Source: an uncultured Candidatus Saccharibacteria bacterium
Lineage (GTDB): Bacteria; Patescibacteriota; Minisyncoccia; Phycocordibacterales; UBA9973
Direction: 5' to 3'
DNA length: 64,000 bases
Assembly (NCBI GenBank): GCA_964482735.1
Contig: CAYZYV010000003.1
Location: forward strand, 63,097 to 127,096
Both the position numbers and the translations under genes were made by a program. The notes beneath the pieces were generated by a model that was given only the letters and a program-made list of their open reading frames with translations, was not told the origin of the DNA and did not search any database. Shown piece by piece: positions 59,465-64,000 of the stretch. The stretch's first letter is position 1. Every line of letters starts with the position of its first letter.

Positions 59465-59935
59465 TTGGTTTTTAAGGTTTATTATAAAAATAATTTATTT
59501 AAAAATATGAAAAATTTAAAAAGTTTTAAAGTGTTCTTTATGATAATGTCGTCGGCAGGAGTTTTGTTTTCGGGATATATGAGCGGAGTTAAATTGTTTT
59601 CTGATACTTGTGCTTTTGGTGAGACCTGCCCGTTATTTTTGGGTATGCCAGCGTGTTATATTGGGTTTATTTTATTCCTATCACTCTTCTTGATTTCTTT
59701 AGCTTTTATATTAAACAAAAAAGATGCAAAAACAATTTCCAAAAAGCTACTCCTTATTTCATTACTAGGGGTTATTTATTCTCTAAATTTTGCTATTCCA
59801 GAATTGCCATCGCTTTTCAAAAATGGATTTAGCGCTTATTTACTAGGTTTGCCTACCTGTGTAATGGGAAGCTTATTCTTCATAGCAATCTTTATTGGAG
59901 CAATAATTTTTTACAAGAAAGTTAAAATGCAATAA
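59465..59935 (+). CDS. Small polytopic membrane protein with a loop Cys pair (CAFGETC); possible VKOR/DsbB-like thiol-redox protein
   Basis: 4 TM segments; Cys pair in the first loop; weak inference. Confidence 0.35.
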   Translation: MVFKVYYKNNLFKNMKNLKSFKVFFMIMSSAGVLFSGYMSGVKLFSDTCAFGETCPLFLGMPACYIGFILFLSLFLISLAFILNKKDAKTISKKLLLISLLGVIYSLNFAIPELPSLFKNGFSAYLLGLPTCVMGSLFFIAIFIGAIIFYKKVKMQ

Positions 59936-59960
59936 TGTCTTTCTCAAAATAAAAACCCAC

Positions 59961-60581
59961 TTAGTGGGTTTTTATTTTCTTTGATTTATATATTTTTACA
60001 AAACAATAAGCTATACCAACCAAGGATAATATTATTAAAATTTCTTTATAGTATTTTGTAAATAATTCTTGATTCATGCCAATAAAATATCCCAGACCAG
60101 CTAATATGGTAACCCAAATAAACGAACCCAATGTTGTATATACCAAAAAAGAAGTAAAATTCATTTTACAAAAACCAGCAGGAATTGAAATTAATTGTCT
60201 AATAACCGGGACTAGTCTACCAATAAAAGTAGCTGATTTAGAATTTTTTAGAAAATATTTTTCTGCTCTCTCCATTTTTTCTCTGTTTATAAAAATAAAT
60301 TTAGCATACTTATGTTCTGAAAGTTTATAGACAATGGGTCTACCCAAGTAGTAACCAATTACATAGTTAAAGATTGCTCCAATTAAACTTCCTAACGTTC
60401 CAACTATGATAATAATAAAAATATTCATTTTCCCTAGGCTGGCTAAATAAGCAGCGGGAGGCACTATTATTTCAGAAGGCATAGGAATAAAAGAGCTCTC
60501 TATGGTCATTAGAATCATAACGCCTGTGTACCCAAGGCCTTCGGTGATAGATATAAAAAAGTTAAAAAGACTGGTTAACAT
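59961..60581 (-). CDS. dedA: DedA/SNARE-associated (TVP38/TMEM64) family membrane protein
   Basis: GYTGVMILMTIESSFIPMPSEIIVPPAAYLASLG...GRLVPVIRQLISIPAG. Confidence 0.75.
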   Translation of the reverse strand: MLTSLFNFFISITEGLGYTGVMILMTIESSFIPMPSEIIVPPAAYLASLGKMNIFIIIIVGTLGSLIGAIFNYVIGYYLGRPIVYKLSEHKYAKFIFINREKMERAEKYFLKNSKSATFIGRLVPVIRQLISIPAGFCKMNFTSFLVYTTLGSFIWVTILAGLGYFIGMNQELFTKYYKEILIILSLVGIAYCFVKIYKSKKIKTH

Positions 60582-60682
60582 GATATTAATACTATCTTAA
60601 CTTATACTTTTAATCAAATAATAATATTGGTGCATTTTTAAACAAATTCTGATAATATAACGATTATGAGTTTATTAATCGG

Positions 60683-60791
60683 CCCCAGAAGTAAAAATTT
60701 AAATCGTTTGCACTTAAATTTTACTACGGGGTAAAAGGTGATATTTATTAAGTTTTTTATCAAATTAGATATTTAGTAGACAATTAATGTT
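60683..60791 (+). mobile_element. Miniature palindrome element (copy 2) immediately upstream of the ychF ATG, preceded by a 19-nt duplicate of the ychF start (60664-60682)
   Basis: CCCCAGAAGTAAAAATTTAA-atcgtttgcac-TTAAATTTTACTACGGGG, then the tail taaaaggtgatatttattaagttttttat... The upstream ttATGAGTTTATtAATCGG matches ttATGAGTTTATcAATCGG at 60790-60808. Confidence 0.6.
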
Positions 60792-61904
60792 ATGAGTTTA
60801 TCAATCGGCATTGTAGGGCTTCCAAATGTTGGGAAAAGCACATTATTTAATGCTTTAACAAAAAAGGGGGTTCCTTCAGAAAATTATCCATTTTGTACAA
60901 TTGACCCATCCGTAGGGATTGTGGCTGTTCCTGATGATCGTCTTTGGAAATTGTCTGATTTTTCCAAGTCTGCAAAAACTATCCCAGCGGCAATAGAATT
61001 CGTAGACATTGCCGGTCTAGTTAAAGGTGCTTCAAAAGGGGAAGGGTTGGGAAATAAGTTTCTCGCAAACATCCGTGAAGTTGATGCTATATTGGAGATG
61101 GTAAGAATATTCCCAGTAAAGACAGAGAGGACAAATGAAATAATTCACGTTTATGGAAACGTGGATCCACTTCGAGATATTGAAGTTATAAACTTAGAAC
61201 TAATTCTTGCTGACTTAGAAACGGTGGTAAAAAGAAGAACTAATTTATCTCATGACTTAAAAAGAGGAGTGAAAGATGCCGTGATAGAGGATAAAGCTCT
61301 TGTAAAATTAGAAATTGCTTTTGAAAAAGCTCAAATGGCAAATACTGTTTCTTTTGATGAAAAAGAGATAGAGAAAATAAAAATGTTGAATCTTTTAACA
61401 ATGAAGCCATTTATCTATGGATTGAATAAAAGAGGTGAAGGTGGAAATTTAGATGAAACTGATCCAGAGACTTTCAAAATGGTGACTGACTATATTAAAA
61501 GTACTGGGTCTACTTATGTAATTGTTGATGCAAAAATTGAAGATGAATTAAAAGATTTTGAAGGAGAGGAAAAAGAAATACTTCGAAAAGAAATGGGGGG
61601 AGATGATGATGGTATTAATAGCCTTATTAAAGAAGGGTACAATCTCCTTGGACTAGAGACTTATTTTACGACAGGAGAAGATGAGACACGTGCTTGGACT
61701 ATCAAGAAGGGAAGCACAGCTCCTGTGGCAGGAATGGCTATACATACAGATTTTAGAGATAAATTTATAAGGGCTGAAGTAGTTAATTGGCAAGAATTAT
61801 TAAACGCTGGAAGCTATGCCGAAGCTCGGGCCAAAGGAAAAATCAGAACAGAAGGTAAAGAATATATCGTTAAGGATGGGGATGTAATAGAATTTAAAAT
61901 ATAA
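60792..61904 (+). CDS. ychF: Ribosome-binding ATPase YchF (Obg family, TGS domain)
   Basis: GIVGLPNVGKSTLFNALT, NYPFCTIDP; C-terminal TGS ...YIVKDGDVIEFKI. Confidence 0.9.
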   Translation: MSLSIGIVGLPNVGKSTLFNALTKKGVPSENYPFCTIDPSVGIVAVPDDRLWKLSDFSKSAKTIPAAIEFVDIAGLVKGASKGEGLGNKFLANIREVDAILEMVRIFPVKTERTNEIIHVYGNVDPLRDIEVINLELILADLETVVKRRTNLSHDLKRGVKDAVIEDKALVKLEIAFEKAQMANTVSFDEKEIEKIKMLNLLTMKPFIYGLNKRGEGGNLDETDPETFKMVTDYIKSTGSTYVIVDAKIEDELKDFEGEEKEILRKEMGGDDDGINSLIKEGYNLLGLETYFTTGEDETRAWTIKKGSTAPVAGMAIHTDFRDKFIRAEVVNWQELLNAGSYAEARAKGKIRTEGKEYIVKDGDVIEFKI

Positions 61905-61992
61905 CTTTATTTAGTCGTAATAAAATAAACAATCACTTCTCGTTCCGTAGTAAACTTTAAAAGTATTTTGTTTTTTAAAGTTTTACTACTGG
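61905..61992 (-). mobile_element. Miniature palindrome element (copy 3, inverted orientation) just after the ychF stop. A diverged duplicate of the last 12 ychF codons follows at 61994-62032
   Basis: Minus strand: CCAGTAGTAAAACTTTAAAA-aacaaaatac-TTTTAAAGTTTACTACGG, then the tail aacgagaagtgattgtttattttat. The duplicate gttaaagatggagacgtaatagaattcaaaatctaa differs from the real end gttaaggatggggatgtaatagaatttaaaatataa at 5 positions, all synonymous. Confidence 0.6.
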
Positions 61993-62033
61993 GATTGTTA
62001 AAGATGGAGACGTAATAGAATTCAAAATCTAAT

Positions 62034-62438
62034 ATGAGCAAAGGAGAAGAAGGGGTAATATTTGTATTATTCAAAGACAACAAAATATTACTGCAACAAA
62101 GAGATAAAAATTGTAAAAAATTTCCATTCAAATGGTGTATTCCTGGTGGAGGAAGAGAAGAAAATGAAAGTTATGAAAAAACTCTTTTGAGAGAAATTAA
62201 AGAAGAGTTTGATATGGATTTGAATGTAGAACAATGTGAATATATAACAGATTATCCAAATAATGAAATTAGAGTGTATTTGTGTAAAATAAACCCAGAC
62301 CAAATACCAACTTTGAATGAGGGAATGGCAATGAAATGGGGGTCCATTCAAGAAATAAAAAATATGGAATTAGGATTTAATCAAGATAAACTAATTTTAT
62401 TATTAGAAAGTTATTTAGAAAAAACCAATGATTACTAA
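62034..62438 (+). CDS. Nudix hydrolase
   Basis: Nudix box GGGREENESYEKTLLREIKEEFDMD. Confidence 0.7.
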   Translation: MSKGEEGVIFVLFKDNKILLQQRDKNCKKFPFKWCIPGGGREENESYEKTLLREIKEEFDMDLNVEQCEYITDYPNNEIRVYLCKINPDQIPTLNEGMAMKWGSIQEIKNMELGFNQDKLILLLESYLEKTNDY

Positions 62439-63030
62439 TTTACAGAAAGTCTATCCGAATCCTTGGATACGGGCAGAAGAAATATTAAAAAAAGATGGGG
62501 TAGTAGTTTTACCCACAGATACACTGTATGGCATTATTGGTAGTGCTTTATCTAAGAAGGCGGTTGAAATGATATATGAAATAAAAGGACGAGATGAAAA
62601 TAAACCTTTTATTGTTTTAATAAATTCGTTTGAACAGTTGAAAATTTTTGGAATTAAGATAACAAAAGAGCAGACCAAAACTTTTCAGAAGTTTTGGCCT
62701 GGTAAGGTAAGTGTTGTTTTGCCGACTCCCTCAAAAAAGTGGGACTATCTTCATCGGGGAGAAAACACTGTCGCTTTTAGAATGGTGGGACAAAAGAATA
62801 AAAATCTTTTTGATTTAATAAATAAAATTGGCCCCGTCGTAGCCCCTAGCGTAAATAAGCAAGGAGAAAAACCAGCAGAAACGATAAAAGAAGCAAAAAA
62901 TTATTTTGAGAACAATGTTGATTTATATATAAATACGGGGGTAAGAAAATCATTGCCTTCGACAATTGTAAAGTTTGAAAATGATAAAATTATAATTTTA
63001 AGGCAAGGACAAACAAAAATAAAAATCTGA
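62428..63030 (+). CDS. tsaC: L-threonylcarbamoyladenylate synthase (YrdC/TsaC family)
   Basis: VVVLPTDTLYGIIGSA YrdC motif; ~200 aa, YrdC-only form. Confidence 0.75.
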   Translation: MITNLQKVYPNPWIRAEEILKKDGVVVLPTDTLYGIIGSALSKKAVEMIYEIKGRDENKPFIVLINSFEQLKIFGIKITKEQTKTFQKFWPGKVSVVLPTPSKKWDYLHRGENTVAFRMVGQKNKNLFDLINKIGPVVAPSVNKQGEKPAETIKEAKNYFENNVDLYINTGVRKSLPSTIVKFENDKIIILRQGQTKIKI

Positions 63031-63042
63031 TTAATCAGATTT

Positions 63043-63591
63043 TTATTTTTGTTTACTATCTTTAGTTTTTTTGAGATGATTTAAGTGCTGTTGTTTTAAA
63101 TCGATTACTTCTTCTATTAGTTTGCCGAGGGTGTCTTCTATTCTAGCTAGCATTAGGTCATCTTTTTTCTCATCCTCATCTTCTTCTTGGATGTCTTCAA
63201 CATCCTCCTGGATATCATCAACGTCTTTTTGAATATCATCAACATCTTTTTGAATCTCATCGACATCACCCTGAATCTCATCAACGTCTTTTTGAATCTC
63301 ATCAACGTCCTCTTGAATTTCTCCAACATCTTTTGCAACCAAATGAAGTTTTCTTGCCTGACGATTAACACTCATTTGTATAAAAATAGATAGGTAAATG
63401 GCCTCGAGGGAAACTATAGTGGTAAGTACCAAAAGAATATCATCGAGGTCTATCCCGTAAAAATACAAAGCAAAAGCAAATATAAAAAGTGCTGTATGTA
63501 CTAAAAGCGAGTTGGTAGATCCAACCCATCTTGTTGCCTTCGTTGATATTTTTTCTATGGTGTCCCCAGATTTTCTTCTTAATTCCTCCAT
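63043..63591 (-). CDS. DUF1003-like two-TM membrane protein with a C-terminal acidic heptad-repeat region (DVDEIQK x7)
   Basis: LVHTALFIFAFALYFYGIDLDDILLVLTTIVSLEAIYLSIFIQMSVNRQARK (DUF1003-like), then 7 x DVDEIQK-type heptads. Confidence 0.5.
   Translation of the reverse strand: MEELRRKSGDTIEKISTKATRWVGSTNSLLVHTALFIFAFALYFYGIDLDDILLVLTTIVSLEAIYLSIFIQMSVNRQARKLHLVAKDVGEIQEDVDEIQKDVDEIQGDVDEIQKDVDDIQKDVDDIQEDVEDIQEEDEDEKKDDLMLARIEDTLGKLIEEVIDLKQQHLNHLKKTKDSKQK
63190..63336. repeat. Seven tandem 21-bp repeats (coding heptads of the 63043..63591 gene)
   Basis: gatatcatcaacgtctttttg / aatatcatcaacatctttttg / aatctcatcgacatcaccctg ... with period 21. Confidence 0.85.
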
Positions 63592-63678
63592 AACTTATTT
63601 TATTATATACCATATTTCTGCTATAATACAAGAATTCAAGGTTAATTATTTTATTAGAGGTAAAATTACTTATAAAAC

Positions 63679-64000
63679 ATGAAGGAATATAATCATTTAG
63701 AAATTGAAAAGAAGTGGCAGAAGAATTGGGAGAAAAAAGATGTCTATAAGACATTGAATAATACGAATGACAAAAAGATGTATGTTCTGGACATGTTTCC
63801 ATATCCGTCAGGTGCAGGTCTTCATGTGGGCCACCCAAGAGGGTATATAGGGAGTGATGTTTATGCCAGGATGAAAAGGATGGAAGGATTTAATGTGCTT
63901 CATCCTATGGGTTATGATGCTTTCGGTTTGCCAGCAGAGCAATATGCCCTTGAACATAAAATCCACCCCAGGAAGGCTGTAGAAGAAAATGTAAAAACAT
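63679..64000 (+). CDS. leuS: Leucyl-tRNA synthetase, N-terminal 107 codons (continues beyond the window)
   Basis: Hand translation: [17 protein letters not shown]...[18 protein letters not shown]...[11 protein letters not shown] (HIGH-region class I LeuRS). An extended -10 TGCTATAAT lies at 63619-63627. Confidence 0.85.
   Translation, partial: MKEYNHLEIEKKWQKNWEKKDVYKTLNNTNDKKMYVLDMFPYPSGAGLHVGHPRGYIGSDVYARMKRMEGFNVLHPMGYDAFGLPAEQYALEHKIHPRKAVEENVKT

Noticed and set aside
63153-63393. ORFs 63153..63371(-) and 63187..63393(+)
   Set aside because: They are alternative-frame readings of the 21-bp tandem repeat inside the 63043..63591 gene. They are repeat-generated and non-coding.

Overview
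AT-rich, compact bacterial chromosome segment, about 90% coding and dominated by information-processing genes. Overall architecture is consistent with a reduced-genome, Patescibacteria/CPR-like organism, but that is inference from gene content only. Gene order along the window: gyrB (3' part), thrS with a T-box leader, a pilin-like gene, rpmF, a nusB-Nudix fusion, rnc, a hinge-less smc, a capA-vanY fusion, rnr, rpsP, a KH-domain gene, trmD, a second pilin-like gene, rpoB, rpoC, dnaG, rpoD, a DsbA-like gene, a GT2 glycosyltransferase, a Trx-like gene, tRNA-Thr, tsf, rpsB, proS, mreB, mreC, an MmeI-family Type IIL restriction-modification gene plus a NYN nuclease, tgt, uvrB, uvrA, uvrC, ddl, a histidine kinase, tRNA-Ala, two tandem FtsK/HerA/VirD4-like ATPases, an LTD/PKD surface protein, a family-4 UDG, tRNA-Leu, rpmG, tRNA-Trp, miaA, dedA, ychF, a Nudix gene, tsaC and the leuS start. 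The most unusual signal is a family of ~70-110 bp imperfect-palindrome elements with conserved ends (CCCCAGAAGTAAAA ... TTTTACTACGGGG), compensatory variation in the inner stem and a conserved tail motif. It occurs three times in this window: at the uvrB 5' end and at both ends of ychF. Each copy is flanked by a duplicated copy of the adjacent gene terminus. The duplicated copies differ from the live gene ends almost only at synonymous codon positions (7 of 8 differences). Three minus-strand tRNA genes (Thr, Ala, Trp) carry partial direct copies of their own 3' ends just downstream. These include a 3 x 75-bp tRNA-half plus hairpin array and a ~770-bp mini-island with one ORF. Together this points to recurrent site-specific integration events at gene and tRNA termini that left miniature scars, with no recombinase visible in the window. 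Other notable items: the MmeI-like RM gene co-operonic with the NYN nuclease, the tandem soluble T4SS-coupling-like ATPases next to the LTD surface protein, a pilin fused to a DUF1566 domain, a NusB-Nudix fusion, a hinge-less 753-aa SMC, an apparently circularly permuted DsbA, and several consensus promoters placed for leaderless translation.
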